64,000 bases of DNA, taken from contig JBHJGY010000050.1 of NCBI GenBank assembly GCA_050331335.1, positions 1,521 to 65,520 on the forward strand. Reading direction: 5' to 3'. Position 1 is the stretch's first letter, and every line of letters begins with the position of its first letter. Shown here piece after piece: positions 9,225 through 17,867 of the stretch. Position numbers and translations under genes: made by a program. A model generated the notes under the pieces. That model worked only from the letters and a program-made list of their open reading frames with translations. It was not told the origin of the DNA and searched no databases. This stretch comes from Pikeienuella sp. (GTDB lineage: Bacteria; Pseudomonadota; Alphaproteobacteria; Rhodobacterales; Rhodobacteraceae).

Positions 9225-12200
9225 ATGCTCGACGAGTGGCATGAGACCGCTGATTTGGCGGGCCTGGAGAACTGGGTGCTCGCGGATGGTGCGGAGCTCG
9301 GGGCACTGACCGACGTCCCTCGCGACATCCCTCGGCCCGAAGGGATCGATGCCCGTGGCGCCGCGGTCGATGTCCTGCTCGCTGGGACTGAGGCGACGGA
9401 GACCGTTTTGGCCTGGGATGACGCCGCTCATGCCGACCGCGCGGTGGTGGGCCTGGCGGCGTTGACAGCGGACGGTGCCCTGCCGCTGCCTTCCGCGACG
9501 CGCGCGTTCGGGGCCGAGGACGACGTGGCAACGCTTCGGTCCCGGCTCGATCCGGAGCTTGTGGTGGAGGTGATCGCTGGGGGCGAGGATCCCGGCGAGA
9601 GCCTGGCCGATTGGGCCGAGCTCGGCGCTGCCACGGCGGATGCGCACCTCTCCTGGGTCGACGGCGACGGTCCGGTCGAGCGTTGGTCCGACCCCGACAG
9701 CTGGGGCGGCGCGCTTCCCGGTGACGGCGATGTCGTTGTGATCGAAGCCGGGCGCACGGTCCTCCTCGATCGCGATGCCGCGATCGGCGGGCTTATGGTG
9801 CACGGGACCTTGCTGGTCGAGGACGCCCGCGACATCCGGTTGGAGACCGGCTGGTTGATCGCGATGAACGGCGGCGATGTCCTGATCGGCCGGCCGGACG
9901 CCCCGCATGCGCATCGCTTTGATCTCGTTCTAACTGGCGATCCTGGGGATGTGACGGATTGGGGCGCCCTGCAACCCGAGGCCTGCCCGGAAACAGGGGG
10001 CCTGTGCCGATGCGGGATGCGCGCGATGGCAGAAGATGAAACGGCGTTCCTCATGGCGATGGGAGATGGCTCGACCGTTGAAATCTGGGGGGCAGATGCC
10101 GCTAAGGCCGATTGGGTCCGCCTGGCCGAGACCGCAGAGGCCGGCAGCCGTATGCTGGTGCTCGACGCCGATGCGGGCTGGGAGGTGGGCGACCGCATCG
10201 TCGTGGCCTCGACCGATTTCGACGCGGATCAGGCCGAAACGGCGACCATCGTGCAGGTCAGCGCAGACGGTCGGCGGGTGACGCTCGATCGGACGCTGGA
10301 GGTCATGCATTTTGGGGCGCTCCAGGCCTATGACGGCGGCCGGATCCTCGACACACGCGCCGAAGTGGGCCTGCTGAGCCGCAATATCGTAATCCAGGGC
10401 GACGAAGACGCCCATATCGACCGGTTCGGCGGACACCTGATGGCGATGGACGGCGCGGAGTTTCGCATCTCCGGCGTGGAGTTCTTCCGGATGGGGCAGG
10501 AGGGCCGGCTCGGCCGCTATCCCATCCACTGGCATCAGATCGGCGATGGCAGCGGCCAATGGGTCACCGACAGCGCCTTTCACGAGAGCTACAACCGCGC
10601 GGTCACGATCCACGGCACCGACAACGTCCTCGTCCAGAACACCGTGGCCTACGACACGGTCGGACACGCCTATTTCCTCGAGGACGGCAGCGAGACCGGG
10701 AACCAGTTGCACGACAATCTCGGGCTGCTGACCCGCGCCGCAGCGCCGGAGACTGCCACAATTCCGACCGATGCGACCCATGTGTCGACCTTTTGGCTCA
10801 CCAATCCGATGAACGATCTCACCGGTAATGTCGCTGCGGGGTCGGCACATTCGGGGTTTTGGTTCGCGGTCGCCCCGGAACAGGCGACCCTTCCGCTCGG
10901 CCGTTTTGAGGGCAATGTCGCCCACTCCAACGCCTTCTCCAATCTTGCGATCGACGGCCATGCCGACCCGCTGACCGGCGCCTTTGTCGAGAGCGAGTAC
11001 CATCCCGAGAGCCCGGCAGTGATCCGCGACTTCACCTCCTATAAATCCGCCGACCGCGCGATTTGGATCCGCGCCAGCGATATCGAGTTCCAGGGTCTCG
11101 CCTCCGCCGACAATGCCCGCGCCACGTTCTTTTCCTACAACCAAACCCTTGTCGACGGGTTAATCGTGGGACGTTCGGCCAATATCGGGACGCCCGAAAC
11201 GGCACAGGAAATCGCGCAGGGCCGCGCGCTGCCGGAGCCGTATAACGGGCGCTATTTCCGCGGCCACTCGATTTATGACGGGCCTTCAGCGGTCTTCGAC
11301 ACGCATTTCGCCGGTTTTACAGATCTCGATGCGGCTTTTCAGACCAACGGCGCAGCGCAGAAATCCCCAGTCCACCAGACCCGCGGGCTCAGCTTCGAGG
11401 ATGTGACCGCGCGCGGCCGCGTCGACTTCGCACCGGAGACCTGGCAGGGGCATATGTGGTCCTCCGGCATCTTGGATCTCGACGGCAGCCTAACCGGGAC
11501 AGCCGGCGCGCGCCTGATGCCGATCCTGGTCGAGGCAGATGGGAGCGAGAGCCGGTTCAACATCCCCGACGGCGCCGAGCGGCGCGCGCATTGGGGCGCT
11601 TGGGTGTTGCCAGACGCCGATATCGGCCTTCTGCGCGCCGACACCGACAACGCCCCCGGCAATGCGCCAACGGTCCTCTGGAGCCGCTCGGACGGCGCCA
11701 AAGCCCATGATGGGGGCACCTTCCACAGCTATCACCAAAGCGCCGTCGTGCTGAACTCCAGCCTGGTCCATCGGCTGACCTATCCTGAGTTACCCGGTCA
11801 GATCACGCTTTCGCTGCGCTTCGCCGAGGCGGGGGATGAGGTAATCGTTGAACTGCCCAACATCCCTTCGGACGCGATGCTCACCGGGGCGCGCGAGGTC
11901 GAGAGCCGCGCCGCTCTGCGTGCGGCCGACAGTTCGGCTTATCTGCGCGAAGGCACGCTTCTGACGGTCAAGCTGGTGGCCGAGACCGAAGAGCTCGATC
12001 CTCGTTTCCGCCCCCAGGCCGGCTCCGGTGCCGAGGCGCATCGCTACGTTGCGGGCATGACCGTTGCGATCGGTGCGGCGCAACGCCCGGTGGTTGCCGA
12101 TTTCGAGGCGCCGGATCCCCGGCTCAGTGCCAGCGGGCAAGGGGTGGAGGTTTCGGTGCCCGAGCCGGCCTGGGAAGCGGCGCAGGACAGCATCGTCTTC

Positions 12201-12833
12201 TGGGATCTCACTTCCGACGGCACCGCGGGCGGGTCTGGTGAACTCCGGCTCGCGCTCGGCGGGCAGGACTGGTCGGCGCAGGAGGGCTTGGAGGTCCGGG
12301 CGGTGACCGAGGCCCTCGGCGGTGGGACCGCCGCGGGATATCGGCTTTGGCTGGCGGATGCCGAGGCCGGGCGCGTCGATCTTGGCTGGCACCCTGGCCA
12401 CGCGCAGGTCGATCTCTCTGTGCTGGCGCCCGAGCTGCGCGACAATGTCGACGCGCTCATCTTCGAGGTCGCCGAAGCGGCAGTGGCGCCGGAGAGCCGC
12501 GCGGGCGACGGCCAGCGGATCCTCGTCTTCGATGCCACGCTGACCCCTGCGGCCATGGCGCGCCCCGTCGTGTTGCCGGGCAGCGTGGCTCCGGGTGAGA
12601 CCTATGGCATCGTGGGGGCGGCGATCCTGGGCGCCCAGCGGGCCGAAACGGTGGCTGTGATCGGGGCGAGCGACGCGATCGGCGGAACCGTTCGCATGGG
12701 CGCAGGCGAACAGGCGGGCAATGTCTTCTTCGAGGCCTCACCCGGCTTCATCGGGACAGCGGGGTTTACCGCCCAGGTCCGGGACGCGGATGGGGGGGTG
12801 CTCGAGGTCCCGGTCCGCCTTTCGGTTGGGTGA
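9225..12833 (+). CDS. G8 domain + parallel beta-helix protein (CEMIP/TMEM2/fibrocystin-like) with C-terminal Ig-like domain
   Basis: WSDPDSWGG..P..GDVVVI..G..VLLD (G8), WEVGDRIVVASTD, RAEVGLLSRNIVIQG, FGGH, MGQ.GRLGRYPIHWH, NRAVTIHGT, GHAYFLEDG.E.GN, STFWLTNP.N...NVAAGS; GGAGG RBS before ATG 9225. Confidence 0.85.
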   Translation: MLDEWHETADLAGLENWVLADGAELGALTDVPRDIPRPEGIDARGAAVDVLLAGTEATETVLAWDDAAHADRAVVGLAALTADGALPLPSATRAFGAEDDVATLRSRLDPELVVEVIAGGEDPGESLADWAELGAATADAHLSWVDGDGPVERWSDPDSWGGALPGDGDVVVIEAGRTVLLDRDAAIGGLMVHGTLLVEDARDIRLETGWLIAMNGGDVLIGRPDAPHAHRFDLVLTGDPGDVTDWGALQPEACPETGGLCRCGMRAMAEDETAFLMAMGDGSTVEIWGADAAKADWVRLAETAEAGSRMLVLDADAGWEVGDRIVVASTDFDADQAETATIVQVSADGRRVTLDRTLEVMHFGALQAYDGGRILDTRAEVGLLSRNIVIQGDEDAHIDRFGGHLMAMDGAEFRISGVEFFRMGQEGRLGRYPIHWHQIGDGSGQWVTDSAFHESYNRAVTIHGTDNVLVQNTVAYDTVGHAYFLEDGSETGNQLHDNLGLLTRAAAPETATIPTDATHVSTFWLTNPMNDLTGNVAAGSAHSGFWFAVAPEQATLPLGRFEGNVAHSNAFSNLAIDGHADPLTGAFVESEYHPESPAVIRDFTSYKSADRAIWIRASDIEFQGLASADNARATFFSYNQTLVDGLIVGRSANIGTPETAQEIAQGRALPEPYNGRYFRGHSIYDGPSAVFDTHFAGFTDLDAAFQTNGAAQKSPVHQTRGLSFEDVTARGRVDFAPETWQGHMWSSGILDLDGSLTGTAGARLMPILVEADGSESRFNIPDGAERRAHWGAWVLPDADIGLLRADTDNAPGNAPTVLWSRSDGAKAHDGGTFHSYHQSAVVLNSSLVHRLTYPELPGQITLSLRFAEAGDEVIVELPNIPSDAMLTGAREVESRAALRAADSSAYLREGTLLTVKLVAETEELDPRFRPQAGSGAEAHRYVAGMTVAIGAAQRPVVADFEAPDPRLSASGQGVEVSVPEPAWEAAQDSIVFWDLTSDGTAGGSGELRLALGGQDWSAQEGLEVRAVTEALGGGTAAGYRLWLADAEAGRVDLGWHPGHAQVDLSVLAPELRDNVDALIFEVAEAAVAPESRAGDGQRILVFDATLTPAAMARPVVLPGSVAPGETYGIVGAAILGAQRAETVAVIGASDAIGGTVRMGAGEQAGNVFFEASPGFIGTAGFTAQVRDADGGVLEVPVRLSVG

Positions 12834-13230
12834 GCCGCCGTCGAACGCAACGCTCCGTTGTTCCGGGCGTAAGGGGATTTTATGGCATGCGCACGGAGGG
12901 GGCAGGGCCGCCACACCCCCGCATCCAAGCTTCAGGAATGCTGCGGTGTCCGAGGCAGCCCTCAAGGTCCCGCGCTCGTTGCACGCGCGTGTCATCACCC
13001 GCGACGCCGGGTCCACGGTCATGCGCACAGCTTTCAGCCGCTTGGCGGCGGTGATCCGCAACGCACTGATGACCGAGGGCGCCGTGCCCGATCGTGGTCT
13101 TGCGGGCGCGGCCTGCGCCATGAGCTGACCGCAGCCTTCAGTGGGGCAAATGCGGCGCTGCCGCAATCTGTACCTTGTGCAACGCAACGACCTCGGCTAC
13201 GCAACATCTAAAGCTTAGAGGGAGCGATCC

Positions 13231-13653
13231 ATGCGGGAGCCGGTTTTCGGGACGTTTCGCCGTGACCTGATTTTCACCTTTGATGGGTCCGAAGACCAGC
13301 CGCCCAACGTCATCTTTGGGCTGACCGGGCGAGACCAGATCACTTTCTCGAGCCCTGGGAACGATCTCAGCTTCGGCGGTCAGGGGCGGGACTCGTTCCG
13401 CGATGTGGTGCCGGGCACCGGGACCGGGGACGATATCGCCTTCGGTGGCTTGGGGCAGGACTTCTACACCTATAACGATGGCGACGACATCTTCGTCGGC
13501 GGCGTGGGCTTCGACAGCTTCAATTCGCCGAACACGCGCTTTGTCGATCTCGATGAGGGCCTGTTCCGCGACGTTCTGACCTCGGAGGACGGCGACGAGG
13601 TGGTGCTCTGGGGCGTCGAGACCATCAGCGTTCTCTTCGTCGACGATTTCTGA
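13231..13653 (+). CDS. Small acidic protein with degenerate RTX-like (GGxGxD) repeats
   Basis: FGLTGRDQI, FGGQGRDSF, FGGLGQDFY, VGGVGFDSF; ends in an L.GVETI motif seen in RTX proteins; GAGGGAG RBS. Confidence 0.7.
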   Translation: MREPVFGTFRRDLIFTFDGSEDQPPNVIFGLTGRDQITFSSPGNDLSFGGQGRDSFRDVVPGTGTGDDIAFGGLGQDFYTYNDGDDIFVGGVGFDSFNSPNTRFVDLDEGLFRDVLTSEDGDEVVLWGVETISVLFVDDF

Positions 13654-13714
13654 TCCGACACGCCCGGCGGCGATTTATCTGCCGCTGGCGTCGCCTCGGC
13701 GCAGCGGACGTGGT

Positions 13715-15073
13715 ATGCGAGCGGAAACTCACCGCAGCTTCCGGATACGCTTTCGCATGCTCCTGCGCGACATCGGCGCGAGTCTCGCCCCGGCCTTGTT
13801 CGCCGCCATCTTCGGCCTGGCGGCGCATTGGGTCTGGGGCGCGCCGATCGCCACGGTCGTCGCTGCGTCGGCCGGGGCCTTGGTCGCCGGTATCGTGTTA
13901 CCGGCACGCGGCCCCCGAAACGCGCCGAACGCCGCACGGCGGGCAGCGGAGCCCGAGCGGCGCGAGCGCGAGGCGGCGGAGCCTGTGGCGGCACTTCCCG
14001 CCGGCAGCGGCCGCCTTCTTCTGGAGCGGTTGCCATTGGCGGTGCTCACGGTCGATGGCGAAGGCCGTGTGCAGTTTGCCAATCCGATCACGGGAGATCT
14101 CTTCGGCAGGCTGCCGCCGCGGCCCTTCCCGGTTGCAGCATTGCGGGCGCCGAAGCTCTTGGCCGCAATAGAGGTTGCCCGCAGCGCTGCGCAGCCGGTT
14201 ACCGTTACCTTTACACTGATGCGTGGCAGCGAGCTGCACCTGCGCGCGCATCTGCGGCAGCTCGGCACCGCGGGCGCCCGCGGTGGCCTGCGCGATGCGG
14301 TGCTTCTCTTGATCGAGGACGTCACCCAAACGCGGCGGGCGCAAGAACTCTATCGAGACTTTGTCGCCAATGCGAGCCACGAGCTTAAAACCCCGCTTGC
14401 GTCGATCTCGGGCATCATCGAGACGCTCCAGGGCCATGCGAAGGACGACCCCGAAGCTGCCGAGCGGTTCCTCGGGATCATGGCCGTCCAGGCGGACCGC
14501 ATGCGGCGGCTCATCAACGACATGCTCTCGCTGAACCGGATCGAGCAGAACGAACGGGTCCCGCCCCGCGATCCGCAGCCCCTTGATGAGATCGTGGCGG
14601 AGATCGCGGATGCGATGGCTCCCTTGGCCGAAGCTGCCGAGATTTCGCTGGATGTGGCGCTTCCGGCACCGGAGATCGAGGTTTTGGGCAGTCGTGAGGA
14701 GCTGGGGCAGGTGTTTCAGAACCTGATCGACAACGCGATCAAATATGCCAGGGCAGGCGACCGGGTTTGGGTCGAGATCCTGCCGCCGGGAGAGCCCAAG
14801 CCGGGGATGATCGGGATCTGTGTCGCGGATACGGGGCCCGGCATCGCGCGCACCCATTTGCCGCGCCTCACGGAGCGGTTTTTCCGTGTTTCAGCCCCCC
14901 GTTCGCGGGCCAAAGGTGGCACCGGGCTGGGGCTTGCGATCGTCAAACATGTGCTCTCGCGCCACCGTGGGGCGCTCGAGATCGAAAGCGAGGTCGGCAA
15001 GGGGTCGCGCTTCACTGTGTGGCTACCGGTCGTCCAGACGGGTCCGCAGGCCGTCGACAGCGGGCCCGTTTAA
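13715..15073 (+). CDS. phoR: Phosphate regulon sensor histidine kinase
   Basis: Two TM helices, PAS-like region, DFVANASHELKTPL H-box, NLIDNAIKY, DTGPGI, RLTERFFRV, GGTGLGLAIVKH; directly upstream of pstS (start may be ATG 13757). Confidence 0.92.
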   Translation: MRAETHRSFRIRFRMLLRDIGASLAPALFAAIFGLAAHWVWGAPIATVVAASAGALVAGIVLPARGPRNAPNAARRAAEPERREREAAEPVAALPAGSGRLLLERLPLAVLTVDGEGRVQFANPITGDLFGRLPPRPFPVAALRAPKLLAAIEVARSAAQPVTVTFTLMRGSELHLRAHLRQLGTAGARGGLRDAVLLLIEDVTQTRRAQELYRDFVANASHELKTPLASISGIIETLQGHAKDDPEAAERFLGIMAVQADRMRRLINDMLSLNRIEQNERVPPRDPQPLDEIVAEIADAMAPLAEAAEISLDVALPAPEIEVLGSREELGQVFQNLIDNAIKYARAGDRVWVEILPPGEPKPGMIGICVADTGPGIARTHLPRLTERFFRVSAPRSRAKGGTGLGLAIVKHVLSRHRGALEIESEVGKGSRFTVWLPVVQTGPQAVDSGPV

Positions 15074-15125
15074 TCTGCGACATTCCGGCGTTCTCCCGTA
15101 GGGCATTGATTTCTCGACGCTATTC

Positions 15126-15165
15126 TTGTCGTAAAATCGTAACATTTTCGTAGTTTCGGTGTCGC
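15126..15165 (+). promoter_or_regulatory. Putative tandem Pho boxes upstream of pstS
   Basis: Four degenerate heptamers at 11-bp period: TTGTCGT-AAAA-TCGTAAC-ATTT-TCGTAGT-TTCG-GTGTCGC, resembling CTGTCAT-N4 repeats. Confidence 0.65.
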
Positions 15166-15257
15166 TCGGGCGCACTACCGTTCGCGTCATTACCACGATG
15201 GGCACGGTCCACGTGGTTTTACGTCAACGAACAGATCCGAAGAACTGGAGACACCCC

Positions 15258-16235
15258 ATGAACAAGTTCAGCCTCGCCGTGGCTGCCGCTGCCATCGCTG
15301 TGGCCGGCACCGCCGCTGCTCGCGATCAGATCAAGATCGTCGGCTCGTCGACCGTTTTCCCTTTCTCGACCGCCGTTGCCGAGGCGTTCGGTAAGGCGTC
15401 GGCTTTCCCGACCCCGGTTGTCGAATCGACCGGTTCGGGCGGTGGCCTCAAGCTGTTCTGCGCCGGCGTCGGCACCGAGCACCCGGACATCACCAACGCC
15501 TCGCGCCGCATGAAGGCGTCCGAGTTCGAGCGCTGCCAGAGCAACGGCGTTACCGAGGTTGTCGAGTCGGTTGCCGGCTATGACGGCATCGTCGTCGCCA
15601 ACTCGATCGACGCGCCGGTCTATAACCTGACCCGCGAGCAGCTCTGCATGGCCCTCGTCGCTGGCGCCATGGACCCGGCTCCGGCCAACTGGAACGACGT
15701 CGACCCGTCGCTCCCGGCCACCAAAATCGAAGTGCTCGGCCCCCCGCCGACCTCGGGCACCCGTGACGCGTTCGAAGAACTCGCTCTCGAGGAAGGCTGC
15801 GAAGAAGCCGGTCTCGACATCGAGATCGAAATGCGTGACGACGGCGCTTACGTCGACGCTGGCGAGAACGACAACCTGATCGTTCAGAAGCTCGTGTCGA
15901 ACCCGGACGCCATCGGCGTGTTCGGCTACTCCTTCCTCGAGGAGAACGCCGACAAGATCCACGGTTCGACCATCAACGGCGTCGTCCCGACCTTCGACAA
16001 CATCCTCTCGGGCGACTACCCGCTGGCCCGCTCGCTCTACTTCTACATCAAGAGCGCGCATGTTGGCGTTGTTCCGGGCATCATGGAGTACGCGGCTGAG
16101 TTCGTTTCCGAAGATGCTTCGGGCGAGTTCGGCTACCTCGTCGAGAAGGGCCTGATCCCGCTGCCGGCGAGCGCTCACCAGGACAACGCCGAGCGCGTTA
16201 TGTCCCGGACCCCGCTCACCGCGGCTGACTTCTGA
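15258..16235 (+). CDS. pstS: Phosphate ABC transporter substrate-binding protein
   Basis: Signal peptide, RDQIKIVGSSTVFPF, VESTGSGGG.KLFC, ASRR, GPPPTSGTRDAF, YPLARSLYFY. Confidence 0.96.
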   Translation: MNKFSLAVAAAAIAVAGTAAARDQIKIVGSSTVFPFSTAVAEAFGKASAFPTPVVESTGSGGGLKLFCAGVGTEHPDITNASRRMKASEFERCQSNGVTEVVESVAGYDGIVVANSIDAPVYNLTREQLCMALVAGAMDPAPANWNDVDPSLPATKIEVLGPPPTSGTRDAFEELALEEGCEEAGLDIEIEMRDDGAYVDAGENDNLIVQKLVSNPDAIGVFGYSFLEENADKIHGSTINGVVPTFDNILSGDYPLARSLYFYIKSAHVGVVPGIMEYAAEFVSEDASGEFGYLVEKGLIPLPASAHQDNAERVMSRTPLTAADF

Positions 16236-16253
16236 TTTCGTCGACCGAACTTC

Positions 16254-16279
16254 GGGGAGCGGGCGTCCGTCCGCTCCCC
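16254..16279 (+). terminator. GC-rich stem-loop after pstS (terminator or mRNA-stabilising hairpin)
   Basis: GGGGAGCGG-(8 nt)-CCGCTCCCC followed by TTCCTT. Confidence 0.6.
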
Positions 16280-16351
16280 TTCCTTCCAAAAAAGACTGGA
16301 CCGGCCTGAGCTTCCGAGCTGCGCCGTCCGACATCAGCGAAGGACAGAGCT

Positions 16352-17854
16352 GTGCAACGCGGACTTGACATCCTGATCGGCCTGGTCGCTTTGGCGATCC
16401 TCGTATTCGGTGGCCGGGAAATCTATTTGGCGAGCACGCAGTCGAGCGATTTTCTGAGCTCTGCTGTGGTGCCCACGACGCTTCTCTTGATCCTGCTCCT
16501 GTCGCTGATCGCTTTCGTGGTCGCGCGGTCCAAGGCCGTTGCGAGCGCTGGCGGTACGCTTGCCAATCTCCACTCGCGCCCGAGCTATCATGGCCTGTAT
16601 AGCCTGCTCTGGGTCGCCATCGCGGGGTTCGGCGCCTTTATCGTGGTGGACGCGATCGGGCTGTCGCTCGTGTCGGGCATGCTGCGCGATCACCTTGACG
16701 AGATGCTGATCTCGCAGGGCCGCGAGATGCTCGACATCGAAAAGGATCTGGTGATCAACGATGCGCGCAAGATTGCGACCGGCCGCGTGGCCTCTTCGGT
16801 CGATCCGATGCGCGAAGAACTTGCCGCGATGTTCACAAGCATCGATGGCACGCGGATCATCGTTCTTTGCGTCGCGAGCCTCGCCCTCGCCATTGCCGCG
16901 TTCGTGATCACCTACAACAAGGTCGGCGTTGCCTTCCGCGCGCGGAACTCCGCCGAGCGGATCCTGCGGTCGATCCTGCTGGTCGCTGCGGCCATCGCGA
17001 TCATCACCACGATCGGCATCTTGCTCTCGTTGATCGGCGAGACGCTGAACTTCTTCTCCTCGCTCGGCTGGCGGGTCGATCAGTTCCTCTTTGGCCTCAC
17101 TTGGTCGCCGCTTTCGGGCGTGCATGAGGGCTCGCTCTCGGCCGACAAAGTCGGCGCGGTGCCGCTCTTCGTCGGCACATTCATGATCACGTTGATCGCG
17201 ATGCTCGTCGCGGTGCCGATCGGCTTGTTCGCCGCGATCTACCTGGCCGACTTCGCCCCGAAAAGCGTGCGTGCTTGGGCCAAGCCGATGCTGGAGATCT
17301 TGGCGGGCGTCCCGACGGTGGTCTACGGCTTTTTCGCGGCGATCACGGTGGCGCCGGCGATCCGCGACGCGGGCGCCTTCATCGGGCTGCCGATCGACGC
17401 GCAGTCGGCGCTGGCCGCGGGCGTGGTGATGGGGATCATGATCATTCCCTTCATCTCGTCGCTCTCGGACGACGTGATCAATGCGGTGCCGCAATCTCTG
17501 CGGGACGGCTCTTACGGCTTAGGTGCCACCAAAGCGGAGACGGTCCGCCAGGTGGTCTTGCCGGCGGCGCTGCCGGGCATCGTTTCGGCGGTGCTTCTGG
17601 GCATCTCCCGCGCCGTGGGCGAGACGATGATCGTGGTCATGGCCGCGGGGCAGGGTGCGAACCTGACGCTCAACCCACTTGATACGGTGACCACGGTGAC
17701 CGTGCAAATCGTTATGCTGATCACCGGCGATACCGACGCCGGGACCGCTGCCGGCCCCGCTTACACGCTCGGGTTCACGCTCTTCATCGTGACCCTCGCG
17801 CTCAACATGGTGGCGCTGCGGATCGTCCGTAAATACCGCGAAGCTTACGATTGA
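16352..17854 (+). CDS. pstC: Phosphate ABC transporter permease PstC (with alphaproteobacterial N-terminal extension)
   Basis: LHSRPSYHG, KPMLEILAGVPTVVYGFF, AVPQSLRDGSYGLGATK, SRAVGETMIV, YREAYD. Confidence 0.95.
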   Translation: MQRGLDILIGLVALAILVFGGREIYLASTQSSDFLSSAVVPTTLLLILLLSLIAFVVARSKAVASAGGTLANLHSRPSYHGLYSLLWVAIAGFGAFIVVDAIGLSLVSGMLRDHLDEMLISQGREMLDIEKDLVINDARKIATGRVASSVDPMREELAAMFTSIDGTRIIVLCVASLALAIAAFVITYNKVGVAFRARNSAERILRSILLVAAAIAIITTIGILLSLIGETLNFFSSLGWRVDQFLFGLTWSPLSGVHEGSLSADKVGAVPLFVGTFMITLIAMLVAVPIGLFAAIYLADFAPKSVRAWAKPMLEILAGVPTVVYGFFAAITVAPAIRDAGAFIGLPIDAQSALAAGVVMGIMIIPFISSLSDDVINAVPQSLRDGSYGLGATKAETVRQVVLPAALPGIVSAVLLGISRAVGETMIVVMAAGQGANLTLNPLDTVTTVTVQIVMLITGDTDAGTAAGPAYTLGFTLFIVTLALNMVALRIVRKYREAYD

Positions 17855-17867
17855 GGGGACCGAGAGC

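Noticed and set aside
13021-13128. Small ORF MRTAFSRLAAVIRNALMTEGAVPDRGLAGAACAMS
   Set aside because: No clear RBS or recognisable motif; cannot be supported from sequence alone
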